46,604 bases of DNA from Escherichia phage vB_EcoS-UDF157lw, in the sequence record OQ243221. The stretch is one strand, 5' to 3'. The translations under genes were made by a program, and so were the position numbers. The notes under the pieces are model-generated. The model saw only the letters and a program-made list of their open reading frames with translations, searched no databases and was not told the origin of the DNA. Below, one piece after another: positions 8,104 through 16,463 of the stretch (positions are counted from its first letter, which is position 1; every line of letters begins with the position of its first letter).

Positions 8104-8827
8104 GAGCCAGATTAATCGCAGCCTTTTGGTTGCGGTATCTGAACTTATTGAGCAAATGAAGTTATCTGCAAAGAGGCTAAAAATTGACACAGCGCAGGAG
8201 ATTGAAGAGGAAGATTCAGACCTTTCAGATGTAATCTCAGCGCTGCTATCTGGTTTTGTTTCCACTCTGCCTGCGCTGGCACTAGCAATATATCGTTATA
8301 ACTCGGCGCAATTCCTTAAGGTGGCCAACAACTCCGGAGGTAAGAATAATCCTGTAGTTCTTGCGCTAGGATTGTATGGTATTAACGCGGATGAACCATG
8401 GTGGCTCGACACCAGGAACTCCTGGATTGTTGGCACGCAGTTAAGTGCATCAAAGCTGCTAAACAACATCAAGGATGATTTCATAAACAACGCCATTACT
8501 GCGCAGGCTGGTAACACTGTTGACCTTGATGATAGATACCGAATCTACAGAAAGAGAACAGCAAATATCGCTGCTGGAATTACAGGGTCTCTAAACTCAA
8601 ACCTTATGCGGAGAAGGCTTGAAGATGCCGGTGTATCTCAGTATGTTTGGCGTGGTAGACTTGACGACAAAGAGCGACCATCTCACGTTTTGCGTGAGGG
8701 GGTTAGCTTTAAATCAGATGGTTCGGACGCTGGAAAACTTGACGGCCTTGCGATATTCCCCGGTCAGCAATACGGGTGTCGTTGCTGGGCTGTTCCTAAA
8801 TGGGAGAATTTAATTAATGAAGAGTAA
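8063..8827 (+). CDS. Minor head protein, Mu F / SPP1 gp7-like (254 aa)
   Basis: C-terminal region with GCRCW motif typical of Mu F-like head morphogenesis proteins; GGAGG RBS; overlaps portal 3-prime end. Confidence 0.7.
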   Translation: MNQKTRWMYPQIIESQINRSLLVAVSELIEQMKLSAKRLKIDTAQEIEEEDSDLSDVISALLSGFVSTLPALALAIYRYNSAQFLKVANNSGGKNNPVVLALGLYGINADEPWWLDTRNSWIVGTQLSASKLLNNIKDDFINNAITAQAGNTVDLDDRYRIYRKRTANIAAGITGSLNSNLMRRRLEDAGVSQYVWRGRLDDKERPSHVLREGVSFKSDGSDAGKLDGLAIFPGQQYGCRCWAVPKWENLINEE

Positions 8828-9938
8828 AATGCGTTATGATAGCGCCAAGGTAAAAGCCCGTTTCGATGAGAACGGTTTTCTCGTGGACACCCCAGTGGTT
8901 GCTCGCGTAGGTGTACAAACCTACTATATGCCAGATGGTTCAGAGCGCCGAGAGTTCCGTCCGGCTTCAGAGGTTTTTAAAGCCGATTCGCTGCAAAGTT
9001 ATCAGGGTAAGCCGCTAACTCTTGGCCACGTGGTTGTCAACTCTGAAAATGCTAAAGAGGTGGTTGTTGGTTCTGTGTCTGGCTCAGCTATGCGTCAGGA
9101 CTCCGCAGTGATTGTTCCTCTTACCGTTTACGACAAGGAAGCAATTGAGAAGGCCAAGTCTGGCGTTGCTGGTGAGCTCTCTGTTGGCTACAACACTGTT
9201 GACATTGAGTCTCCTGGTTGGGGTAGTAATGAAACGGGTGAGTACAAGCTTGATGGAGAGTACGCAAGCCAGGATGAGATTCCTGCTGATTGGGTACGCT
9301 TTGATGCGCTACAGACGAATATCGTTGTTAATCATATCGCACTCGTATATAAAGGTCGCGCAGGTATTGCTAAACTCAATCTGGACGCGGAACAGGAAAA
9401 CCCGTATACTGATACCGTTCAATCAAATAAAGAGGATAAATTGATGATTAAGATTAAACTCGATGGCGAACAGGAGTTCGAAATCGCCCCGGAAGTTGCT
9501 AAGCATATCGAAGCTGTTAAGGCTGATGCAGAGCAGGCTAAAGCTAAAGCTGACACTCTGGAAGCTGAGCGCGATGCGCTTAAAGCTAAAGTTGATGCAA
9601 TGCCAGCAGAGATCGAGAAAGCAGTTGCTAAAGCGAAAGCAGACGCAGACGCGCTCGCAACTCTGGTTGCTGTTGCTGCTGAAGCTGGTGTTAAAGCTGA
9701 TGGTCTGGATGCTAAAGGTATTAAAGTAGCTTACGTTAAAGAAGTTTCCGGCCTGGATGTTTCTGAGAAATCTGACGCGTATATTGACGCAGCGTTCGAC
9801 ATTGCTAAAGAATCTGATAAAATGGCTGAAGTTCGTAAGGCTACCGTAGCCTCCGATAAATCTGACAGCAAAGAAGAGTTGACGCTTATTGATCCGCGCG
9901 CTCGAATTGCTAAATCTAAATCCAAGAAGGAGAAATAA
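8817..9938 (+). CDS. Putative prohead protease / scaffolding protein (373 aa)
   Basis: N-terminal globular domain followed by a long Ala/Lys/Glu-rich predicted coiled coil (AEQAKAKADTLEAERDALKAKVDA...), typical of scaffolds; position before capsid genes. Confidence 0.6.
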   Translation: MKSKMRYDSAKVKARFDENGFLVDTPVVARVGVQTYYMPDGSERREFRPASEVFKADSLQSYQGKPLTLGHVVVNSENAKEVVVGSVSGSAMRQDSAVIVPLTVYDKEAIEKAKSGVAGELSVGYNTVDIESPGWGSNETGEYKLDGEYASQDEIPADWVRFDALQTNIVVNHIALVYKGRAGIAKLNLDAEQENPYTDTVQSNKEDKLMIKIKLDGEQEFEIAPEVAKHIEAVKADAEQAKAKADTLEAERDALKAKVDAMPAEIEKAVAKAKADADALATLVAVAAEAGVKADGLDAKGIKVAYVKEVSGLDVSEKSDAYIDAAFDIAKESDKMAEVRKATVASDKSDSKEELTLIDPRARIAKSKSKKEK

Positions 9939-9940
9939 TA

Positions 9941-10435
9941 ATGGCATTTCGTCAAGCAGCATTAGCGGGTATGGTATCTGATACCTCTCTTTACAATATC
10001 GATGGCGCGTGCGTTCTAGGCGGCACCGCTCAGGTGCAGGTTGGTCAGGCAGTTGGTGTTAGCGAAGTTGAAGTTACTGGAACTAGTTCATCTGGTGCAG
10101 GTCATAAAACTGTAGTTGGTTCTGGCATTACGACCGCTAACGTTTATGGCGTTGCTGTTCGCTCGCATTATGAAGCTGTTGATGGCTTCTATCGACCGCA
10201 AGAGGCAATTAACGTAATGACGGCTGGTAGAATCTGGATGAAAACCACACTGTCAGCAGCACCTGCATTCGGAACTGCAATCACTCTTGATGCGACTGGA
10301 ATTGTTGTTTCTAGCGGCGCTGTTGAGCCAGCTGGTTGGACTTTCGCAGGTGGCTTCATTGCTGGCACTGCGGTGCAGGGTCAGTCAGCACCTTATGATG
10401 GTGCACTGATTGAAGTTCAGGTTAAGCAGAAATAA
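9941..10435 (+). CDS. Putative capsid-associated (decoration-like) protein (164 aa)
   Basis: Gly/Ala/Val/Thr-rich beta-type composition; position between scaffold and capsid; followed by terminator. Function is positional inference. Confidence 0.4.
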   Translation: MAFRQAALAGMVSDTSLYNIDGACVLGGTAQVQVGQAVGVSEVEVTGTSSSGAGHKTVVGSGITTANVYGVAVRSHYEAVDGFYRPQEAINVMTAGRIWMKTTLSAAPAFGTAITLDATGIVVSSGAVEPAGWTFAGGFIAGTAVQGQSAPYDGALIEVQVKQK

Positions 10436-10452
10436 TTGACCGTGTAAATATA

Positions 10453-10475
10453 ACCCGCTTCGGCGGGTTTTTTAT
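10453..10475 (+). terminator. Rho-independent terminator
   Basis: ACCCGC-ttcg-GCGGGT hairpin followed by TTTTTTATT. Confidence 0.7.
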
Positions 10476-10529
10476 TGCCAAAATTCTGTTACAATCATTA
10501 AGACTATTAACCGATATGGAGTAAATGAA

Positions 10530-12074
10530 ATGGCTTTAGAGTTTATGGAAGTTGTAGCTAAGACTTATGGCGACCTGGAGAGGCTAGTAAAGGCAAAAAT
10601 GCTAGAAGGATGGATGCCATTTGATAGCTTAATTGACAATAGATTTACTATCGCAATTGTTATGGTTAAGGGTAGTGATGCGCAGCTTACCGACTTTAGG
10701 ATTCTCGGTGATAGCACTAGAGTTAAATTAATAAGCAAGGCTAACAAATTAATTGCTGATGACCCTGAGTGGGAGGTTTTCGGTCACCCTCAAATATTTG
10801 GCGCTGACGATTACATAGTTTCATTATCAAAAGGCTTTAAGGGAACTACTGGTAGGGATGGCATGGCTGGCCCGCAAGGACCGCAAGGACCGCGCGGCGA
10901 AGTTGGCCCAGAAGGTCCGCAGGGTCCAAGGGGTGACGATGGCGCTGATGGGGAAAAGGGTGAGCGTGGAGCAGTAGGCCCGCAAGGACCAATTGGCCCA
11001 CAGGGTATTCAGGGTCCACAGGGAGTTCAAGGGCCAGCTGGATTAAAGGGCGATAAAGGTGATAAGGGTGATGTTGGCCCACAGGGACCACAAGGATTAA
11101 AAGGTGATACTGGAGAGAAAGGCGACCCTGGAGAAGTTGGCCCTGCTGGTTTAACATTCCGTGGTCAGTGGGTTCCTGGCACTGGTTATACAAAAGACGA
11201 TACCGTAGTTTATAACGGATCAACTTACTTTGCGGTTAATGATATTGCAGCTGATGAGGAGCCAGGTGTATCACCTTTGTGGGTGGTTCTTGCCGCTCAA
11301 GGCACGAAAGGTGACAAGGGTGATAAAGGCGACCCTGGAGATATCGGACCTCAAGGGGAGAAGGGTGATACTGGACCTCAAGGTCCGAGAGGTATTCAGG
11401 GTCCGCAAGGTATTCAGGGGTTAACAGGTGAGCAAGGTCCGCAAGGTGAGCAGGGGCCGCAAGGGATTGTTGGGCCGACTGGACCGCAAGGGCCAAAAGG
11501 TGACACCGGACCTCAAGGTATTCAAGGGCCGCAAGGCATCAGGGGACTTACTGGGCCGATAGGACCACAGGGACCGCAGGGAGAGAAGGGCGAAAAGGGA
11601 GATAAAGGGGAAAAAGGCGAAACTGGTGCAACCGGACCACAGGGTCCAGCGGGTCAAAATAATACAAATAATCCAGTTTATACAACTCAACTTACCGTAT
11701 CTACAAGCTACTCAGCTATAGCCATACCAAATAACCCTGGTGTATCTTTTACAATCAGGAGGGTTGGTAATAACATTGAGTACTCTTTTACAGGCAACTC
11801 AATTCCAGGAAGGTATTTTGATGTTGAGGTTGTAAACTTTCCATCAGCTGACGTAGTTAAAAGATACCAGTCAAATCAGACAATTTCAGGTACAAATAGG
11901 TATGTTGTAGGTGATCCTGCTGGTTATACTGGCGGTGGATACAAAAGGATTCAATTCTCAGCTAGAGATTGGGGGGATAAAAACATTATAATGATTGATG
12001 TTTTTCACCTTCAGCGCCCAACTGATACTAGTTTTAGCATCGCAATTAGGATTGAGACATTCAAGCTGCCATAA
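10530..12074 (+). CDS. Collagen-like repeat protein with embedded carbohydrate-binding-like motif (514 aa); putative fibre/decoration
   Basis: Two blocks of uninterrupted Gly-X-Y triplets (about residues 110-205 and 265-385) separated by [26 protein letters not shown]...PLWVV, which resembles CBM5/12 chitin-binding-type motifs; distinct N- and C-terminal globular domains. Confidence 0.85.
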   Translation: MALEFMEVVAKTYGDLERLVKAKMLEGWMPFDSLIDNRFTIAIVMVKGSDAQLTDFRILGDSTRVKLISKANKLIADDPEWEVFGHPQIFGADDYIVSLSKGFKGTTGRDGMAGPQGPQGPRGEVGPEGPQGPRGDDGADGEKGERGAVGPQGPIGPQGIQGPQGVQGPAGLKGDKGDKGDVGPQGPQGLKGDTGEKGDPGEVGPAGLTFRGQWVPGTGYTKDDTVVYNGSTYFAVNDIAADEEPGVSPLWVVLAAQGTKGDKGDKGDPGDIGPQGEKGDTGPQGPRGIQGPQGIQGLTGEQGPQGEQGPQGIVGPTGPQGPKGDTGPQGIQGPQGIRGLTGPIGPQGPQGEKGEKGDKGEKGETGATGPQGPAGQNNTNNPVYTTQLTVSTSYSAIAIPNNPGVSFTIRRVGNNIEYSFTGNSIPGRYFDVEVVNFPSADVVKRYQSNQTISGTNRYVVGDPAGYTGGGYKRIQFSARDWGDKNIIMIDVFHLQRPTDTSFSIAIRIETFKLP

Positions 12075-12089
12075 GATTAAAGGTCGCCA

Positions 12090-12117
12090 TTGCGCGGTCT
12101 TAAAACTCGTGTATAAT
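12090..12117 (+). promoter_or_regulatory. Candidate sigma70 promoter upstream of major capsid gene (TTGCGC, 16 nt, TATAAT)
   Basis: Perfect TATAAT at 12112-12117 with TG immediately upstream; TTGCGC at 12090-12095. Confidence 0.45.
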
Positions 12118-12153
12118 GTCAACGTACACTGTTAACCAAAAGGATAAATAGGA

Positions 12154-13098
12154 ATGACTATTAAGCTAGATGCTTTCGAGCAGAACAAAATCACCGAACA
12201 CCTGCGTAACATGGGTGTTGAAAAAGCTGATGCAGCTGGCATTTGGACCATCAAACAGCTGACTCAGACGCTTAACCGTAACTACGATCGCGAATATTCT
12301 GAAACATCTGTAGTTAACCTGTTCCCGGTCACTAACGAAATTGGCGCTTACGCTAAATACTTCGAATACGGCGAAATGGATGGTGTTGGCTTAGCTCAGA
12401 TTGTAGCTGATTATTCAGATGATTTGCCGCTGGTTGATGCACTGATGCAAGAGAAGCAAGGTAAGGTGTTCCGTTTTGGTAATGCATTCCTGGTTTCCAT
12501 CGATGAGATTGCGGCTGGCGCAGCTACTGGTCAATCACTGTCTTCTCGCAAGCAGGCTCTTGCATTCGAAGCTCATGACAACCTGCTTGATAAGCTGGTT
12601 TGGAAAGGCTCCGCACCTCACGGCATTAAGTCTGTATTCGATTACGACAACGTAAACCAGGTAGTTCCAAGCGGCGCATGGACTACAGCACAGACTGCTT
12701 ACGCTGACGTTAATAGCCTGCTGGATATTATCGAAACAGCAACCCAAGGCATCCATCGAGCTAACAGGCTGCTTCTTCCGGCATCCGCTCGTCGAGTAAT
12801 GCAAACTCTGGTCCCGAATACTGGTATTAGCTACTTTGAGTTCTTTGCCCGTAACAACAATGGCGTACAGGTGGAGTTCCTGCAACTCCTTGACAACTAC
12901 GATGGCGCAAACGGCAAGGCTGCAATTGCTTATGAGTACGACCCATTGAACATGAGCATTGAGATTCCAGAAGCTACTCACGTCCTTCCAGCTCAACCGA
13001 AGGATTTGCACTTCAAGTTTCCTGTAACCTCCAAGTCTACTGGCCTGATTATCTACCGACCTCTGACCGTTGCAGTAATGAAAGGTATCACCTTCTAA
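12154..13098 (+). CDS. Major capsid protein (314 aa)
   Basis: Size, position after scaffold, dedicated promoter and strong downstream terminator (high-expression signature). Confidence 0.7.
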   Translation: MTIKLDAFEQNKITEHLRNMGVEKADAAGIWTIKQLTQTLNRNYDREYSETSVVNLFPVTNEIGAYAKYFEYGEMDGVGLAQIVADYSDDLPLVDALMQEKQGKVFRFGNAFLVSIDEIAAGAATGQSLSSRKQALAFEAHDNLLDKLVWKGSAPHGIKSVFDYDNVNQVVPSGAWTTAQTAYADVNSLLDIIETATQGIHRANRLLLPASARRVMQTLVPNTGISYFEFFARNNNGVQVEFLQLLDNYDGANGKAAIAYEYDPLNMSIEIPEATHVLPAQPKDLHFKFPVTSKSTGLIIYRPLTVAVMKGITF

Positions 13099-13104
13099 TA
13101 AATA

Positions 13105-13126
13105 GCCCTCTTCGGAGGGCTTTTTT
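13105..13126 (+). terminator. Rho-independent terminator after major capsid gene
   Basis: GCCCTC-ttcg-GAGGGC hairpin followed by TTTTTT. Confidence 0.75.
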
Positions 13127-13188
13127 ACGTCTGTACTAAATGAATCATAAAGTATATAATTCATTTATAGACTAAACAGGAGGAAAGA

Positions 13189-13437
13189 ATGATTAAGTTA
13201 GAACACGTTGGTGCTTGCCTTATTCGATTTGCTGGAAATGATTACCTGCCAGGACAAATCATTGAAGTAGAAGAGTTGAATGACGGTTTTAAGCGATTGA
13301 TTGCTGAGGGTCGACTTGAGGTAATGGAAGACCGCAAGGCAACCAAGAAAGTAATTGAAGAAATTGAAAGCAAGAAGGTTAAAAAGAAAGAACCAAAGAC
13401 TGTAGACGAAGCTGAAAACGGCGGCGAGTACAAGTAA
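13189..13437 (+). CDS. Hypothetical protein (82 aa), Lys-rich C-terminus; isolated transcription unit
   Basis: RBS aggagga; flanked by terminators on both sides; upstream inverted repeat AAATGAAT...ATTCATTT spanning a TATAAT. Confidence 0.5.
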   Translation: MIKLEHVGACLIRFAGNDYLPGQIIEVEELNDGFKRLIAEGRLEVMEDRKATKKVIEEIESKKVKKKEPKTVDEAENGGEYK

Positions 13438-13444
13438 CCAACAC

Positions 13445-13468
13445 GGACGCTTTAGAGCGTCCTTTTTT
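13445..13468 (+). terminator. Rho-independent terminator
   Basis: GGACGCT-ttag-AGCGTCC hairpin followed by TTTTTT. Confidence 0.7.
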
Positions 13469-13483
13469 GTATGGAGATATAAA

Positions 13484-13885
13484 ATGAATGAAGAAGTAAT
13501 CGCATATATAAGGCAGCTGTACCCCCCACTTAACAACCAGCCGGATGATGTTCTTAACGCATGGATTGAGGTGGCGAAGCTTTTTATCTGCTTAGGCAAG
13601 TTTGGTGACAAGCAGGTTCAGGCACTGGCATTCTACACTCTTCACTTGCTTAGCCAGGATATTGCACTCAAGACTGAGAATGATTCAAGCCAGACATCAT
13701 CTGAGCGGGTTAAGTCCTACTCACTTTCAGGCGAGTACACGATTAGCTACGATACAAGCACTGCCGCAGCTAGCTCATCAAACCTTGAGGAATCCTCATG
13801 GGGTAAGCTTTACATTGATTTGATGCGTCGCAAGGTTGGCCGCTGGGGCTTGATTACCTCTGGTGGGTCGAGGTGCTGCCGATGA
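13484..13885 (+). CDS. Putative head-tail connector / head completion protein (133 aa)
   Basis: Position between capsid and tail genes; overlaps next gene. Positional inference. Confidence 0.45.
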   Translation: MNEEVIAYIRQLYPPLNNQPDDVLNAWIEVAKLFICLGKFGDKQVQALAFYTLHLLSQDIALKTENDSSQTSSERVKSYSLSGEYTISYDTSTAAASSSNLEESSWGKLYIDLMRRKVGRWGLITSGGSRCCR

Positions 13886-14250
13886 ATCATGCACTTTTGC
13901 AGCAGCAAATTAAGGCTGGTATTAATCTCCTGTCAGATGGTGATGGAGTTTTCGAAGCTACGACACAGCCAGCCATCTCTATCGTTAATGGCTATGAAGT
14001 GCGCACACCAGGCACTTCCTACACTGTGCGGGGTGTTATTCGTGAATTCAAAGCAAGAGACATTGACGGTGACATCATCAAGTTCGGTGACCGTCGCGGA
14101 ATTTTTACTGCTGATTCAGTTGTATCGGAAGGCGACCGCATCTACATTGACCAGGAAGCCTACACAGTCATTGACCCTAGACCAGTGAAGCCGACCGGAA
14201 CGGTAATCGCCTACAGGCCAGTACTGCGGAGGGCTGCAACATATGGCTAA
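13873..14250 (+). CDS. Putative head-tail joining protein (125 aa)
   Basis: Overlapping ORFs in a connector gene cluster; positional. Confidence 0.45.
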   Translation: MLPMNHALLQQQIKAGINLLSDGDGVFEATTQPAISIVNGYEVRTPGTSYTVRGVIREFKARDIDGDIIKFGDRRGIFTADSVVSEGDRIYIDQEAYTVIDPRPVKPTGTVIAYRPVLRRAATYG

Positions 14251-14671
14251 TGATAACCTGCTATTCAAGCTAAAGATTAATGATTGGGCCGATTCAGTAA
14301 TGGAGGCGATTCCTGAGATTATTGATGATGCCCTTGATAACGCAGCTAGGGATATCGTTAAGTTGTCTCCTGTTGATACTGGAAGGTTTAGAGGTAACTG
14401 GCAAGCTACAGGAAACAGGCCATCACTGATTGGTTTGAACAACTATGACAAGGATGGGGCTGATACAATTAAGTCACTAAGAAGGCAAATCCACGCTCTA
14501 GCTAGAGATAAGGCTACGCATACAATCTATATCACCAATGCGCTAACGTATGCGGTACCATTGGAGTTCGGTTATTCTGGTCAGGCACCAAACGGGGTAC
14601 TTGGTATCGTCACTAAGAGGCTTGGTTTTTACTTTAATGACGCTATAAGGAAAAAGTCCAATGCACTATGA
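14243..14671 (+). CDS. Putative tail completion / neck protein (142 aa)
   Basis: Positional; overlapping starts and stops typical of neck genes. Confidence 0.45.
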   Translation: MANDNLLFKLKINDWADSVMEAIPEIIDDALDNAARDIVKLSPVDTGRFRGNWQATGNRPSLIGLNNYDKDGADTIKSLRRQIHALARDKATHTIYITNALTYAVPLEFGYSGQAPNGVLGIVTKRLGFYFNDAIRKKSNAL

Positions 14672-15059
14672 AATGATGGTTTCAGCAAGAAAGCTGGTTA
14701 GCGATGCGGCAGTTGATATTGCCGGCGGAGTTCCAGTGGCTTATGAGAACTGCGGATTCACCCCACCCAAAAACGGAAGTTTATGGTTGAAGTTTGATTA
14801 CACGGAGGTTGATAGTGTGACATGGGGATTGCAGCGAACATGCAGGTATTACGTAGGCATGGTTCAGGTCTCTATATTCTTTTCACCAGGTGAGGGGACT
14901 GATAGACCTCGCCAATTGGCTGGGCGATTGTCAGAAGCTTTCGCCGATGGTACAATGCTTGACAGCGGATACATTTATGAAGGCGGATCCGTATTTCCTC
15001 CAGTGAAATCGCAATCCGGCTGGTTCATTCCTGTCCGATTCTACGTACGTATGGATTAA
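14661..15059 (+). CDS. Putative tail terminator protein (132 aa)
   Basis: Positional, immediately upstream of major tail protein. Confidence 0.4.
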   Translation: MHYEMMVSARKLVSDAAVDIAGGVPVAYENCGFTPPKNGSLWLKFDYTEVDSVTWGLQRTCRYYVGMVQVSIFFSPGEGTDRPRQLAGRLSEAFADGTMLDSGYIYEGGSVFPPVKSQSGWFIPVRFYVRMD

Positions 15060-15073
15060 TTAAGGAGATTTAC

Positions 15074-15724
15074 ATGGCCCATCTCAGCAATGGCACACAA
15101 ATTTTTTTGCAAGGCTCTAAATCTGAATCGGTAGCCGTAACGGCTATCACTAACGCAGCTCAGCCAGTTATGACGGTAGCTGACGCTTCAATTTTCGCAG
15201 CTGGTGACTTCATTGTTGTTGAGTCATCTTCATGGTCTAAACTTTCAGAGAAACAGTTGCGAGTAGTTACATCAACGGCTACAACAATTACCGTTGAAGG
15301 CATTGACACTACTGACCCGCTTCAGTTCCCAGCTGGCGGAACGGCATCGATCTACAAGGTTCTTACCTGGTATGAAATGCCTTGTGTTCAAGACGTTTCA
15401 ACTGATGGCGGAGAGCAGCAGTTCGTTACTTATCAGTGCCTGGCTGATGACCGTGAGCAGCAGATTCCAACCTATAAGTCAGCGGTAAACACGACCTATA
15501 CGTTTGCTCACGAGTTCACCAACCCGATCTACCCGGTACTCCGTAACTACGACGAGTCTGGAGCGCTGATTGCGATTCGTGCATACGTTCCTAAAGCTGG
15601 CGAAGTTCGACTTTGGACTGGCACTATCGCGTTTAACGAAACTCCAAACGTTTCCGTTAACGAGATCGAAACTGTATCCGTAGCAATTACGGTGCGTGGA
15701 CGCTATAGCTTCCTGGCTGCATAA
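15074..15724 (+). CDS. Major tail protein (216 aa)
   Basis: Position upstream of chaperones and tape measure; followed by strong terminator. Confidence 0.55.
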   Translation: MAHLSNGTQIFLQGSKSESVAVTAITNAAQPVMTVADASIFAAGDFIVVESSSWSKLSEKQLRVVTSTATTITVEGIDTTDPLQFPAGGTASIYKVLTWYEMPCVQDVSTDGGEQQFVTYQCLADDREQQIPTYKSAVNTTYTFAHEFTNPIYPVLRNYDESGALIAIRAYVPKAGEVRLWTGTIAFNETPNVSVNEIETVSVAITVRGRYSFLAA

Positions 15725-15730
15725 CAATCA

Positions 15731-15754
15731 AGCCCCTTCACAGGGGCTTTTTTT
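15731..15754 (+). terminator. Rho-independent terminator after major tail gene
   Basis: AGCCCCT-tcac-AGGGGCT hairpin followed by TTTTTTT; TTATAAT -10-like element directly after. Confidence 0.7.
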
Positions 15755-15797
15755 ATGTTATAATTTCAACTCAAACAAACATGAGAGGATTATTTAA

Positions 15798-16112
15798 ATG
15801 GCGAAATTCAAATTAAAATTAGGCGCGCTCCCTGATTTCAAGCTTCCGGTTAAGTTCCAGATGATCAACGGCGAGGAAGCTGAGGTTATCTTCAATGCCA
15901 AGCACCGTAAGGCTAAGGAGATTCAGGAAGTATTCCAGACCGAAGGCCTTAAGGATTTTGACTTTGTTAAAGAGATTTGCAGCGGCTGGAACCTTGAAGA
16001 AGAATTTAACGACGAGAACATCGAAGAGCTGGTATCTCTGTTCCCATCATCCGTTCTGGCACTGACTAATGCTTACATGCAAGCTCTGGCGGGCCAGCGC
16101 GCAAAGGTCTAA
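15798..16112 (+). CDS. Tail assembly chaperone (G-like, 104 aa)
   Basis: Acidic small protein between major tail and tape-measure genes. Confidence 0.5.
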   Translation: MAKFKLKLGALPDFKLPVKFQMINGEEAEVIFNAKHRKAKEIQEVFQTEGLKDFDFVKEICSGWNLEEEFNDENIEELVSLFPSSVLALTNAYMQALAGQRAKV

Positions 16113-16174
16113 AGCGCGCTGTATACCTACAATACCAAAGAGAGCCAACGGACTCCGAACTTGAAGCTATTGGA

Positions 16175-16429
16175 ATGCGGCGTTCCGATTACGAAGATGA
16201 GGATCCAGAGGAGTTACACTTCGATGATGACATGATGCTGGCATGGACTATTTATCAGGCGACCTCAACTCAATGGCGTGTAGGTATGAACGGCGCTACC
16301 GGAATAGATTATTCAGTACTCCCTTTCCTCTTTGATGTGTATAATGTCAAGGACAAAGAGATGACTTTAAATGACTTGCGAATACTAGAGTGCAAAGCAC
16401 TTGAGATGATGCAAGTAAGGCAAAAATAA
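16175..16429 (+). CDS. Tail assembly chaperone second ORF (T-like), possibly expressed by -1 frameshift
   Basis: This frame is open from 16070, overlapping the last 43 nt of the G-like ORF in the -1 frame; no canonical slippery heptamer seen. Confidence 0.35.
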   Translation: MRRSDYEDEDPEELHFDDDMMLAWTIYQATSTQWRVGMNGATGIDYSVLPFLFDVYNVKDKEMTLNDLRILECKALEMMQVRQK

Positions 16430-16452
16430 CCTCCCTTTGTGGAGGTTTTTTT
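16430..16452 (+). terminator. Hairpin plus T-run immediately upstream of tape measure gene (attenuator-like)
   Basis: CCTCC-ctttgt-GGAGG followed by TTTTTTT; the downstream GGAGG serves as the tape-measure RBS. Confidence 0.5.
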
Positions 16453-16463
16453 ATGGAGGTTAC

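Noticed and set aside
9423-9962. Minus-strand 179-aa ORF and other antisense ORFs within the scaffold gene (9112-9444, 9463-9729, 9731-9955)
   Set aside because: They lie in the repetitive Ala/Lys-rich coiled-coil coding region, where biased composition yields open antisense frames; no translation signals.
10565-11690. Several antisense and alternative-frame ORFs across the collagen-like gene
   Set aside because: Artefacts of the GGX-CCX triplet periodicity; the sense frame gives a coherent Gly-X-Y protein.
12535-13611. Minus-strand ORFs (209 aa and 137 aa) overlapping the major capsid and following genes
   Set aside because: Embedded opposite well-supported sense genes; they cross a terminator hairpin and have no RBS.
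16437-16463. TTG start for the tape measure protein at 16437
   Set aside because: This start lies within the terminator hairpin; ATG 16464 is preceded by GGAGG at optimal spacing.
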